This document shows positions 1 to 8,541 of a stretch of DNA of 64,000 nucleotides, piece by piece. Made by a program: the position numbers and the translations under genes. A model generated the notes under the pieces. That model searched no databases and was not told the DNA's origin. It saw nothing but the letters and a program-made list of their open reading frames with translations. How positions within the stretch are numbered: the first letter of the stretch is position 1; every line of letters begins with the position of its first letter. Source of the DNA: an uncultured Fibrobacteria bacterium (GTDB lineage: Bacteria > Fibrobacterota > Fibrobacteria > UBA11236); contig OY970309.1 of NCBI GenBank assembly GCA_963716395.1, positions 2,336,001 to 2,400,000 of the forward strand. Direction: 5' to 3'.

Positions 1-2068
1 AGGTCATGGGCTTGTAGGGAATGAAGAGCAGGGGATAATCGTTCTCCGATCCCGCGAAGCGCGGTTCCTCGGCATGCGGCAGCAGCGTCGTGGCCAGGGC
101 AGGTTTTCCTAAGGCGGCCAAGGCCTGATCCGGCGTCTGATTTTTCTGTGCCGCCCAGTTTTTGATGCGCGTCTCCGCCAGTTGTGAGCGGAATTCGAAT
201 TTTCCCGACGGCGTTGTGAAGACTTCTTTCCAGCTTTCCGCCGGCAGCGGATCGTCCTGCCAATAGCCGACCTGCGTCAGTTTTTTCATGAAGTCAGCGG
301 GACTCTCGGCCTTCAAGGTGCCGCGTTGGGCGCCGGCGATACCCACCAATCGCTCTTCCATCGCCGACTGAAAGTCTTTCCACGGGAAAGACGAAGCCAC
401 CGCGCCGCCGACGGCTTGTGCGATTTGGATCAAAACATCGCCGCTGTTTTGGGTGTCGTACAGCGGATCCACCGCCGGACGGCGGATGCCGATGGCCGCA
501 CGGAATCCGAAGGGCGGAGGCGTGGCGTCTTCCCAGCGTTCCAGATAGGTGTGGTCCGGTAATATGAGATCAGAATAGAAGGCGCTTTCGTCGAGAAAGG
601 GCGCGAAACTGACGATGAAGGGAATTTTTTCGAAAGCCCGGCGATACCGATCCGGGTCGTTTTTGGCGTACAACGGATTGGAGTAATACAACAGCAAGGC
701 TTCGGTCGGGTAAGGCTTGGCCGCCAGCACGCTTTCCGGTAAAGCATCCAAGGCGGACGCGGCGAAGGGGAAGCGATCGCGCATGCGGCCGTCCAGCGCC
801 GGTTGCTGCAACCCCGCCTTGGCCGCGGCGTCGTGGATCTCCGCCGCCCAGGCCGACAGCGGCAGGGGTTTTTTCACCACCATTCCTCCGGGCCGCTCGA
901 TTGAACCCAGCATGGCGTTTAGCGCCAGCGCGCAGCGGGCGATGTTGAGGCCGTTGGAAGTGGCGGTGGAACGGGAATCGACCACCACCACCGCCGGACG
1001 CGAAGCCGATAATTCGATGGTCAGTCGGTAAATGTCCTGTTCGGGAATCCCCGTCAAGCGCGAAACCTTGTCCGCCGGATAGTCGTTCAGCAGGGCCGAG
1101 AAATCTTCGAAGCCGACGGTATGGGCGGCGACGAAATCGCGATCATACAGATTGTCTTTCAACAATTGATTGGCGAGTCCCAGTGCCAGCACATCGTAGG
1201 TGCCGGGGCGGATGCGAATCCATTCGTCGGCCACTTCGGCGGTGCGCGATTCGTTGGCCTCGACCTGCACGATTTTCGATCGCCGGGTGGGGTTCTCGCG
1301 CCGAAAACTTCCGGTGGCGCGCGCGAAGTGAATGCCGAAGCAGGTGGATTCGAAGATCCCGGATCCGAGGCTCAGGATATAAGACGTCTTGAGCGCATCG
1401 TAGCCGGGAATCTCGGCGCTGCCGGTTCCCATTTCCATGGCTTGCACCAAGGCGCCGTCGCCCGTCGAGAGGGGATCGAAGAAGTTCGGCGTTCCGTACA
1501 CGCGGCAGAACCGCTCCAGCATTTCCTTCATGAAGCCCCGCTGCCGGCCGCACAGGACGGCGAGCTTGTGAGGTTCGCCTTTCGTGCGCAAGGCGCCTAG
1601 ACGTTGCGAAACTTCGGCGGTGGCCTGATCCCAGGAAATCGGTTTCCACCGTCCCGCGCCCCGTTCCCCATCTCTTTTCATGGGGCCGCGGATGCGATCC
1701 GGATCATAGAGGGTGAACACGCCGGATTGTCCTTTGGGGCCGAGTTTGCCCCCCACCAACAGGCATTCGGGGTTTCCGTTGATCTTCACCGCACGTCCCT
1801 GCACCACCCGCACCTTGATTCCGCAGTTGACGGGGCATTGTCCGCAAGCCGTGGCGACTTGGCGTTCTTCGCCGAGATACCAGTGGTCGGATCCGGGAAC
1901 GGGCGCCTTATCCTCGGCAATAGCGAAAGGATCGGTATGCGGCAAGCAGGCCGAAAGCGTTCCCGCCGCGCCCAAGGCGCCGGATACCTGCAGAAATTTT
2001 CTGCGGGAAAATGATCCGGATTTCACCGGGTTTGACTCCGCGTTATTGGTGGCACGTGGTGCAGGCAT
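1..2068 (-). CDS. Tat-exported molybdopterin-oxidoreductase-fold subunit (QrcB/ActB/PsrA-like), truncated by the window edge
   Basis: Not in the ORF track because it runs off the edge; translated manually from ATG 2068. Twin-Arg SRRKFL followed by lipobox-like LSAC, CGQCPVNCGIKVRV, LYDPDRIRGP, KPISWDQA, ADEWIRIRPGTYD, SDLILPDHTYLE and TPSGKFEF are all DMSO-reductase family motifs. Start overlaps the end of the pentaheme gene. Confidence 0.88.
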   Translation of the reverse strand, partial: MPAPRATNNAESNPVKSGSFSRRKFLQVSGALGAAGTLSACLPHTDPFAIAEDKAPVPGSDHWYLGEERQVATACGQCPVNCGIKVRVVQGRAVKINGNPECLLVGGKLGPKGQSGVFTLYDPDRIRGPMKRDGERGAGRWKPISWDQATAEVSQRLGALRTKGEPHKLAVLCGRQRGFMKEMLERFCRVYGTPNFFDPLSTGDGALVQAMEMGTGSAEIPGYDALKTSYILSLGSGIFESTCFGIHFARATGSFRRENPTRRSKIVQVEANESRTAEVADEWIRIRPGTYDVLALGLANQLLKDNLYDRDFVAAHTVGFEDFSALLNDYPADKVSRLTGIPEQDIYRLTIELSASRPAVVVVDSRSTATSNGLNIARCALALNAMLGSIERPGGMVVKKPLPLSAWAAEIHDAAAKAGLQQPALDGRMRDRFPFAASALDALPESVLAAKPYPTEALLLYYSNPLYAKNDPDRYRRAFEKIPFIVSFAPFLDESAFYSDLILPDHTYLERWEDATPPPFGFRAAIGIRRPAVDPLYDTQNSGDVLIQIAQAVGGAVASSFPWKDFQSAMEERLVGIAGAQRGTLKAESPADFMKKLTQVGYWQDDPLPAESWKEVFTTPSGKFEFRSQLAETRIKNWAAQKNQTPDQALAALGKPALATTLLPHAEEPRFAGSENDYPLLFIPYKPMT

Positions 2069-2627
2069 ATTCCGCCCCTCTTTCCTTGTGGCACGCGATG
2101 CACTTGGACATGGTCAAATAGGCGATGTCGGGCTGGGATACCGGTTGCGACACCTTGCGCATGTCGCGATGGCAATCCCAACATTTCATCTGCCCAAAGA
2201 CGACATGCGCCCGATGCGAGAAATAAACATGGCCCGGTAACCTGTTCACCACGATCCAAGGAATCTCTTTCCCCGTCTTCAAATACTCGCGCACCTTCGC
2301 TTCTTCCGGGTTTTTCCCCTGGGGTTCGGAATGGCAATCGGCGCAATCGCGCAACAGGGGCAAGGTCGCGTGCGCCCCTTTATCCGCGAAGCGATGGCAA
2401 TCCGTGCAGTCCATGTCTTCGGCTTTGATATGGGCCGCGTGATTGAAGGCCAGCGGTTGCCGCACCGCCGGTGGGGGAGACAGGAAATCGATGGCGGAGG
2501 CGGGAATGTCTCCCGAGCGATTACACGCTTGGTAGGTCAACCCGATCGCGAGCAACGCGAACCAGGCCGGGAGAAGGAATTTCCTTTCTCCCCGCCGTCC
2601 GCTGAGTTTCCGCTTGCCTGGTTCCAT
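2043..2627 (-). CDS. Membrane-anchored pentaheme cytochrome c (QrcA/ActA-like)
   Basis: Five CXXCH (CTDCH, CADCH, CWDCH, CIACH, CTTCH), QPLAFNH and VYFSHRAH motifs, N-terminal hydrophobic segment; AGGTGA RBS before ATG 2627. Confidence 0.88.
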   Translation of the reverse strand: MEPGKRKLSGRRGERKFLLPAWFALLAIGLTYQACNRSGDIPASAIDFLSPPPAVRQPLAFNHAAHIKAEDMDCTDCHRFADKGAHATLPLLRDCADCHSEPQGKNPEEAKVREYLKTGKEIPWIVVNRLPGHVYFSHRAHVVFGQMKCWDCHRDMRKVSQPVSQPDIAYLTMSKCIACHKERGAEYACTTCHQ

Positions 2628-2656
2628 GTCGTCACCTATCGGTTTGCCGCGGGGGG

Positions 2657-3073
2657 TTACTTCGTGGTTGAATTGGCAACATCGTATTTCAGCGAAGCCA
2701 CCCAGGTTGCCAGCGTATCCAACTCTTCGTCCGACCCCTTGAATTTTTTCTTGTGCTTGTGGCCGTCCAGCTTCACCTCTTTTTTCAGCCACTTGACAAT
2801 CCAGTCCTTCTCTTTTTTCTTGCCCACGTCCGACAGATCCGGGGGTTCGATTTTTTTCCCCAGTAAGGCTTCATCTTCGTCCACGTCCGCGGTGGATTCG
2901 TCCGATTTCACCTTGGCGATTTTCAACGCGGAAATCGCATGGCATTGGGTGCATTTATTCTGGAGAAAGATTTTTTGTCCCGCCGGAACGGCGGCATCGG
3001 CCTGTGCGCGCATCGGCGTCAAGCCCGCCAGTAACATTCCCGTTCCGAGGGAGAGCAGCGTTTGTTTCCACAT
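2657..3073 (-). CDS. Periplasmic monoheme cytochrome c
   Basis: Signal peptide ending AQA, GQKIF..KCTQCH, PPDLSDVG; AAGGAAAGGA RBS before ATG 3073. Confidence 0.85.
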   Translation of the reverse strand: MWKQTLLSLGTGMLLAGLTPMRAQADAAVPAGQKIFLQNKCTQCHAISALKIAKVKSDESTADVDEDEALLGKKIEPPDLSDVGKKKEKDWIVKWLKKEVKLDGHKHKKKFKGSDEELDTLATWVASLKYDVANSTTK

Positions 3074-3276
3074 GGTGAGGTTTCCTTTCCTTCCCGAACC
3101 GGGTTGGGTGGTTCGTTTGTCATCCACGACTCAAGCGAATATCGATCCAAATTGTTCCGACTTGGAATGGCCCGGAGTTTCGGCTTTTTAATGCAACTCA
3201 ATAGGCAAAGTGGCGAAACGGCAGAACTTTCAAGACAGACTGGCACGAATTTGGTGGGGAGCGTGCTTTCTCTTCA

Positions 3277-3315
3277 GGATGAATTTTGATCCCTATCCCG
3301 GATGAAATCTCATAC
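3277..3315. promoter_or_regulatory. Tandem imperfect palindromes GGATGAA-N2-TTCATCC, candidate enhancer-binding-protein UAS
   Basis: GGATGAATTTTGATCC (3277-3292) and GGATGAAATCTCATAC (3300-3315), starts 23 bp apart, about 115 bp upstream of a sigma54 site. Confidence 0.45.
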
Positions 3316-3430
3316 GGCCGGGTAAAAATACCGCGAAAGTCGCGAAGCCGGGGTAGTCGAAAACTGGACCCTGGAATTTATTTGTAATACCTGTCGCAAG
3401 AATGATGCGTTAAACCCGGCGAATGGGGGA

Positions 3431-3446
3431 TGGCATTGATGTTGCT
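3431..3446 (+). promoter_or_regulatory. Sigma54 (-24/-12) promoter of the porin-cytochrome operon
   Basis: TGGCATTGATGTTGCT matches TGGCAC-N5-TTGCW with exact GG/GC spacing, about 33 nt before ATG 3480. Confidence 0.7.
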
Positions 3447-3479
3447 TGTTGCGTAATCGCAGAACGGAGAAGCATCGGT

Positions 3480-4688
3480 ATGAAACCCCGTCCTTTACAC
3501 CAGCCTCTCATCCTTCTCGTCCTGATCGCCGGCGCCGCCCAAGCGGATTACATCAACAGCACCGTCACCCTTGGAGGGTATGCGTTGGATTCCAAGGACG
3601 CGACCAATAGCAACGACTTCTACCAAATGGAACGCGTCAACGTTTCGGCTTTGGAAAACGGCCTGGATCTACATCTCGCCTACGGCTATTCCGATTTCTA
3701 TGAAAAGCGCCCCAACACCTATCAGACTTCCAATCGCCTCGCCTTGGCCAATGTCGGATTCACCCCGGCCGGAATCGACGGGCTGCGCGTCGAAGGCGGA
3801 CGAGACTTCATGAGCTTGATCGATCGCCCGCTCTACTATGATGGGGCCGAAGCGCGCTATCAGTATCAAGGGTTTGTGCAGGCAGAATTGTTCGGCGGCT
3901 ACGGCGTTCCCACGGTTTATCAAAGCGATCTCGTGGATTTCAATTCGGACAAAGCCCTGATGGGCGGCAAGCTCACCTTCACCCCGCTTTCCCAGTTGCT
4001 CATCCATCTCGACGGCTTGGTCAACGGCCGGCAGGATGACGGAACGCTCGGCGGCGACATTCAGGGAAGCCTGGGCGACCAGGTCACGGTGTCGGCCAAC
4101 TCCGTCTACCGGCTGGATTCGAATTACTTCTCCCGGGCGGAAATTTCCGTGCTGGCCAGCGTCGTTCACCGCGTCCAGTACCAGCTTCGGTTCGGATACC
4201 AGGACGAAAAAATCGACTCAACCCGAAACTACGACTATTTCGTCAACCAGGCCCACCAGTACATGCTGACGGGGTTCGTGTATTCCTGGAACGAGAAAAT
4301 CAGCGCCGACGCGGATTACGGGGTGCTGATGTACACCGACACCACGGGCCAACTGGCGGATTTCAAACTGAATGTCTACGGATTTTTCGTGGGCGTCAGT
4401 CAGGAATTTGCCACCGTCACCGACGCCTTCGATTTGACGGCCGGCTACAGCAACACCTACTGGAGCCGTCTGCGCCTCGACGTGGCGGGAGATTACACCC
4501 GCTACGATTTGGATCCGGTCAACATCGGACTGAAAGCCCTCGACTTTTCCGTGGCCCCCACCTACTTCCTCGGCCACGGGCTCGAAGCGACCGTGGAGTA
4601 CGAATATCTGCACAACCGCATCTACGACAGCGACAACCGATTTTACGTCGGGATTAAGGAATCCTTTTTCAGAGGTCTCTCCAAATGA
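3480..4688 (+). CDS. Outer-membrane beta-barrel (porin of a porin-cytochrome conduit)
   Basis: Signal peptide ending AQA; alternating aromatic/hydrophobic beta-strand pattern rich in Y, F, G and D; ATGA overlap with the downstream multiheme cytochrome. Confidence 0.75.
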   Translation: MKPRPLHQPLILLVLIAGAAQADYINSTVTLGGYALDSKDATNSNDFYQMERVNVSALENGLDLHLAYGYSDFYEKRPNTYQTSNRLALANVGFTPAGIDGLRVEGGRDFMSLIDRPLYYDGAEARYQYQGFVQAELFGGYGVPTVYQSDLVDFNSDKALMGGKLTFTPLSQLLIHLDGLVNGRQDDGTLGGDIQGSLGDQVTVSANSVYRLDSNYFSRAEISVLASVVHRVQYQLRFGYQDEKIDSTRNYDYFVNQAHQYMLTGFVYSWNEKISADADYGVLMYTDTTGQLADFKLNVYGFFVGVSQEFATVTDAFDLTAGYSNTYWSRLRLDVAGDYTRYDLDPVNIGLKALDFSVAPTYFLGHGLEATVEYEYLHNRIYDSDNRFYVGIKESFFRGLSK

Positions 4689-5437
4689 AGCAAGTAACTC
4701 TGCCGTTACTGATTTGGGGAATCGCCCTGGGAGGCGAAACCCACCAGTTCTCCCATTATCAGCACGTCAAAACCGAAGGATTGGAATGCACCGATTGCCA
4801 TATCAAAACCATGGTTTCCACCACCTTGGCCGAGGCGCGGGTGGGATTGACCTTGCAGGCCTGCGTGAAATGCCATGACGACGATTCCGACTTTCAGACC
4901 CCCAAGCCCATTGTGCTGGCCGACCCCAGTTTTCGCCTGGTCCGGTCGGACGATCCCGATTTGAAATTCAACCACCGGGCCCATGTGCTCGCGAAAGTGC
5001 AATGCGCCGCCTGCCATGGAACGATCCTGGATTCGAGCGACACCGGCCATGCGCTGCAGCCGGCCAAAAACCTGTTGACCATGGAAAGCTGCATGCAGTG
5101 CCATGTGCAGAAGGCGCAAGTCGCCTGCCTCACCTGCCATACCAAGGTCGACGAACCCCTCAATCATTTGAGCGCGCTGTGGATCCGCAGCATGGGCCAT
5201 GGGATGCAGGCCAACCTGAACAAGCAAGACTGCTCCATGTGCCATGACAAAGGCTCCATCACCACCTGCGCCGAATGTCATATGGGCAACGACGCGCGCA
5301 AAGTGCATGGGTTGAACTACCGGTTCAACCACGGCATAGACGTGAAATTCAAAAAGCTGGACTGCGCGGTCTGTCACGCACCGCTCGATCAATTCTGCGG
5401 GGATTGCCACGAAGGCAAGGGAAGGGTGTCGAGGTGA
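4685..5437 (+). CDS. Periplasmic nonaheme cytochrome c
   Basis: Nine CXXCH (CTDCH, CVKCH, CAACH, CMQCH, CLTCH, CSMCH, CAECH, CAVCH, CGDCH), FSH/FNH c3/c7-type motifs, short signal peptide. Confidence 0.92.
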   Translation: MKQVTLPLLIWGIALGGETHQFSHYQHVKTEGLECTDCHIKTMVSTTLAEARVGLTLQACVKCHDDDSDFQTPKPIVLADPSFRLVRSDDPDLKFNHRAHVLAKVQCAACHGTILDSSDTGHALQPAKNLLTMESCMQCHVQKAQVACLTCHTKVDEPLNHLSALWIRSMGHGMQANLNKQDCSMCHDKGSITTCAECHMGNDARKVHGLNYRFNHGIDVKFKKLDCAVCHAPLDQFCGDCHEGKGRVSR

Positions 5438-5442
5438 AAGCC

Positions 5443-6198
5443 ATGCGGAAGTCGATTGCATACCCACTCACCGCCGCGCTGCTGGTCCTGGGAGGCTGCA
5501 GCAAGCTGGACAATCCGGACAAACCCGACGCCATGGCCTGCGATCTCTGCCACACCACGCCTTTGGACCAATTCGCGGTGCATCGGCTCCATCTCAGCAA
5601 CTTGGCCATGGCCAATTTTCCTTACCGGAACACCTCGCCCGACTTCAATTATCCCGTCGACACCTCCCAGGGGGATTCCACCTACAAGGTCGAGGTGGAT
5701 ACCGCTTTCAGATTCAGCCAGAGCGCCACCCTCGACCAGGCCATGCGCTATCAACAAAACCGGCTGTTGAACGAAGGGATTCAATGCGTGGACTGCCATC
5801 GCGGGTTGGATGGGAGTTTGGTGCAAAACAACGACCCCAATCACCGCAACGGCCGGGAAGATGCGGATTTCGATACCGTCGCCTTGCTGGAAAAGCATTA
5901 CGACGCCGTGGACACCGCCCATTTTCTGGCGACCGCTCCGAGCATGTCCTTTGACGGAACCACCTGCAACAACATGGTGTGCCACGGGGCGGGCCGCAAA
6001 TCATTACAAAACGTGGTGTGGAATACAGCTCCGAAACTGACCGATACCATGTCATGCCTCGGGTGCCATAACACCACGAATCATAAAATCGGCGTAAGTT
6101 GCGACAAATGTCACTATGACGTTACCCTGGACGGCGGGCAGACCATCCACAACTTTCGCAAACACTGGAACGACACCATCTATTACGGCAGGTACTAA
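5443..6198 (+). CDS. Lipoprotein multiheme cytochrome c (4 CXXCH + 1 CX4CH; Geobacter-type CxxxxCH...CXXCH motif)
   Basis: Lipobox LGGC; CDLCH, CVDCH, CNNMVCH, CLGCH, CDKCH. Confidence 0.88.
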   Translation: MRKSIAYPLTAALLVLGGCSKLDNPDKPDAMACDLCHTTPLDQFAVHRLHLSNLAMANFPYRNTSPDFNYPVDTSQGDSTYKVEVDTAFRFSQSATLDQAMRYQQNRLLNEGIQCVDCHRGLDGSLVQNNDPNHRNGREDADFDTVALLEKHYDAVDTAHFLATAPSMSFDGTTCNNMVCHGAGRKSLQNVVWNTAPKLTDTMSCLGCHNTTNHKIGVSCDKCHYDVTLDGGQTIHNFRKHWNDTIYYGRY

Positions 6199-6234
6199 AT
6201 GTCCGGAGAATCTTTTTCTAGAGGAGCGTGGAAA

Positions 6235-7605
6235 ATGAAACAGTTATTGGCTTTACCACTATTGGTTATCGGCGCAATAACCTTCATGACGGGATGTATG
6301 GTGCAAGGCCCTCCGGGCCCTCCGGGGAAGGACGGAACGGACGGGCTGAACGGAGACAGCGCCCTGGCTTCCTGCATGAAATGCCATTCCGATTCCAACT
6401 TCAACATCAAGACCGAACAGTATCAATATTCCAAGCATTTTTTAGGCACGACCGTGGCCCGGGGCCAGAGCAACCGATTCTGTGCCCGGTGCCATACCAA
6501 TGAAGGTTTCCAGGAAATCACCTGGAATGGCATGCCCTTCGTCGCCGCCGAAATGCCGAATGCCACCAAGATTCAGTGTGCCACCTGTCACACCATGACG
6601 GGCTTCGATTTCTCAAACGATACGACGACCATCAATGAAATCTTGCGAACCAATACCCCGGTGCCCTTGCTGTATCTCAATCAAGTCACCTTATCCGGCT
6701 GGACCACCACCAATACCTTCGACTTTTCCCAGGGGGCGTCCAAGATCAATAATTTGTGCGCTACCTGCCATCAAATCCGCGGGGCCACGCAATTCACCTA
6801 CACCGACACGGTGGGAGGCAAGTCGGCCACCAAAGCTTTTGCGCAAATTGCCTACTTCCCGATGGGCACGGCCATTCTACCCGGCGATACCGCTATCGCG
6901 GCCAAAGGGAATCTGAAGCAGCCAGCCGATTCGGTCGCCTATCTAGTGGGAAGAAGCTTCGCGGTGCATAATGGCAACCAGTCGAACATCTTATACGGAA
7001 TGAACGGATACGACTTCGGAACGCCCATTGTCACTGGACCGCGGCATCATGCTAAGAGCAATTGCGTCGATTGCCACATGAATGCCTGGGATTCGACCAC
7101 GCATACCGGCGGACATTCTCTCATCGTGAATCTCGACGACCCCGCTTGCAACGCCTGTCACAATCTCCGAGATACCCTTGCCCAGGATTCGACGGTAGTC
7201 TCCGGCTTGCTCAAACAATTGGGCGATGCACTGGCGGCGCGGAAAGTCGCGGTGAAATCGACGAGTTCCTCCGGAGTGGTATCGTATTCCTTCCTGAACA
7301 CCCATGATTTCTACGGCAAGCTCTATTCCAACAACCCGGCGGATTCGGCGGTGGTTTACGCCAGCCTGACCTCGGCGAACAAAACCGATTCGGCCACCGG
7401 GGTGATCGACTACATCAATAACGTCACCTATTCGAAGGATTCGAATTTGAAGAATAGAATCGGGCGTAAGTGGACCTATGGCGAATTGGGCGCCGCTTAC
7501 AACTACGGGTTCATCAGCTCGGAAAATGATTTAGGCAAGCATAACAGCGACTATACCAAGAAGCTGCTGCAAGCCTCGATCAATTGGCTCGCCGCCCATC
7601 CGTAA
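6235..7605 (+). CDS. Lipoprotein hexaheme cytochrome c with collagen-like N-terminus and OmcB-like helical C-terminus
   Basis: GAGGAG RBS; lipobox MTGC; G-X-Y run; CMKCH, CARCH, CATCH (twice), CVDCH, CNACH; C-terminal GAAYNY...GKHNSDYTKKLLQASINWL. Confidence 0.88.
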   Translation: MKQLLALPLLVIGAITFMTGCMVQGPPGPPGKDGTDGLNGDSALASCMKCHSDSNFNIKTEQYQYSKHFLGTTVARGQSNRFCARCHTNEGFQEITWNGMPFVAAEMPNATKIQCATCHTMTGFDFSNDTTTINEILRTNTPVPLLYLNQVTLSGWTTTNTFDFSQGASKINNLCATCHQIRGATQFTYTDTVGGKSATKAFAQIAYFPMGTAILPGDTAIAAKGNLKQPADSVAYLVGRSFAVHNGNQSNILYGMNGYDFGTPIVTGPRHHAKSNCVDCHMNAWDSTTHTGGHSLIVNLDDPACNACHNLRDTLAQDSTVVSGLLKQLGDALAARKVAVKSTSSSGVVSYSFLNTHDFYGKLYSNNPADSAVVYASLTSANKTDSATGVIDYINNVTYSKDSNLKNRIGRKWTYGELGAAYNYGFISSENDLGKHNSDYTKKLLQASINWLAAHP

Positions 7606-7647
7606 CGAACCCCCCCGCAGGGGACGCAAAGGTCCCCGGTTGTAATG

Positions 7648-7688
7648 AAAGGCTTCAGCCCCCCCCAGGGCTGGAGCCTTTTGATTTT
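7648..7688 (+). terminator. Intrinsic terminator after the cytochrome operon
   Basis: Stem AAGGCTTCAGCCC / GGGCTGGAGCCTT followed by a T-rich tract. Confidence 0.65.
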
Positions 7689-7872
7689 ACCCGCCCTGAA
7701 TCTGAAAATGTGAGCCGAGTCATTGGAGGCCCGGACTTTGCTGTCTTTGGGTGCATGATCAAATCGGATGATTTTCAAGACAATCATCTGTCATTAATGC
7801 AAACCTACGGACAATTAGACAAATCGAGTGGGGTCGAGAATGCGCCAATCCGCCGCGGTAAAACACTTTAGA

Positions 7873-8541
7873 ATGCAGAACGCCACCAAGCTGCGAATTT
7901 TTCTGGGGCTGTGCCTGTCGTTGTTCATGGTGCTGCTTTTCAGTTGCCGGGAAAAGAACGAGAAGCAGAGTTATTCCGAAGTTCAAGGCTTCGACTCTCC
8001 GGTTAAACAGGAAGAGATCAAGGTGCCGGCCGATCTCCCAGCCGATCCGCACGCGGGAATGCAAATGCCCGACGGGCAAAATCCCCCTGCGGGCATGGTG
8101 CCCGCCCATCCCGCCGGAACTCTGACATGGAAACTGCCCCCGGGTTGGACGGCCCAACCGGGAAGCGGCATGTTTTACGCCATGCTTACAACCGGTCCCG
8201 ACGCCAATGCCGGGCAAGTTTCCATCATCGTTTTGCCGGGTGAGGCGGGAGGATTGCCAGCCAATGTCGAGCGTTGGTTGGGGCAACTGGGTTTGCAACT
8301 CCCCGGCTCCGCCGTACAGAACTTCATCGCCCAGAGCAAAAAGATTCGCACCCAAGGGAACATGGACCTTACGCTGTTGGATTTCAGTTCCGTGGTCCCG
8401 GGTCCGGGCAATTCCATGCTGATGGGCATCACCAAACCCGGCGACGACTCCTACTTCATTAAAATGATGGGACCGAAAGCCGCCTTGGAAAGCCAGAAGA
8501 AAAATTTCTTGGACTTCTGCAGTTCCTTGGTCCTGAAATGA
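7873..8541 (+). CDS. Uncharacterised lipoprotein leading the cytochrome c maturation operon
   Basis: Lipobox LFSC; PHAGMQMP..VPAHP His/Met linker; WKLPPGW and ANVERWLGQLGL motifs; ATGA overlap with the ResB-like gene. Confidence 0.7.
   Translation: MQNATKLRIFLGLCLSLFMVLLFSCREKNEKQSYSEVQGFDSPVKQEEIKVPADLPADPHAGMQMPDGQNPPAGMVPAHPAGTLTWKLPPGWTAQPGSGMFYAMLTTGPDANAGQVSIIVLPGEAGGLPANVERWLGQLGLQLPGSAVQNFIAQSKKIRTQGNMDLTLLDFSSVVPGPGNSMLMGITKPGDDSYFIKMMGPKAALESQKKNFLDFCSSLVLK

Noticed and set aside
3241-3256. TGGCACGAATTTGG as a second sigma54 promoter
   Set aside because: The -12 element is mis-spaced and lacks GC; the site at 3431 fits the consensus spacing exactly.
6235-7605. NrfA-type nitrite reductase
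   Set aside because: No CXXCK catalytic heme motif; only the C-terminal helical region is reminiscent.
7606-7645. GGGACGCAAAG resembling the core of a c-di-GMP-I/GEMM riboswitch, attractive beside electron-transfer genes
   Set aside because: The P2 stem is too short and lacks a GNRA loop, P1/P3 are not evident, and it sits directly after a stop codon; a simple GGGAC/GTCCC hairpin explains it. An Infernal search with the c-di-GMP-I model would settle it.
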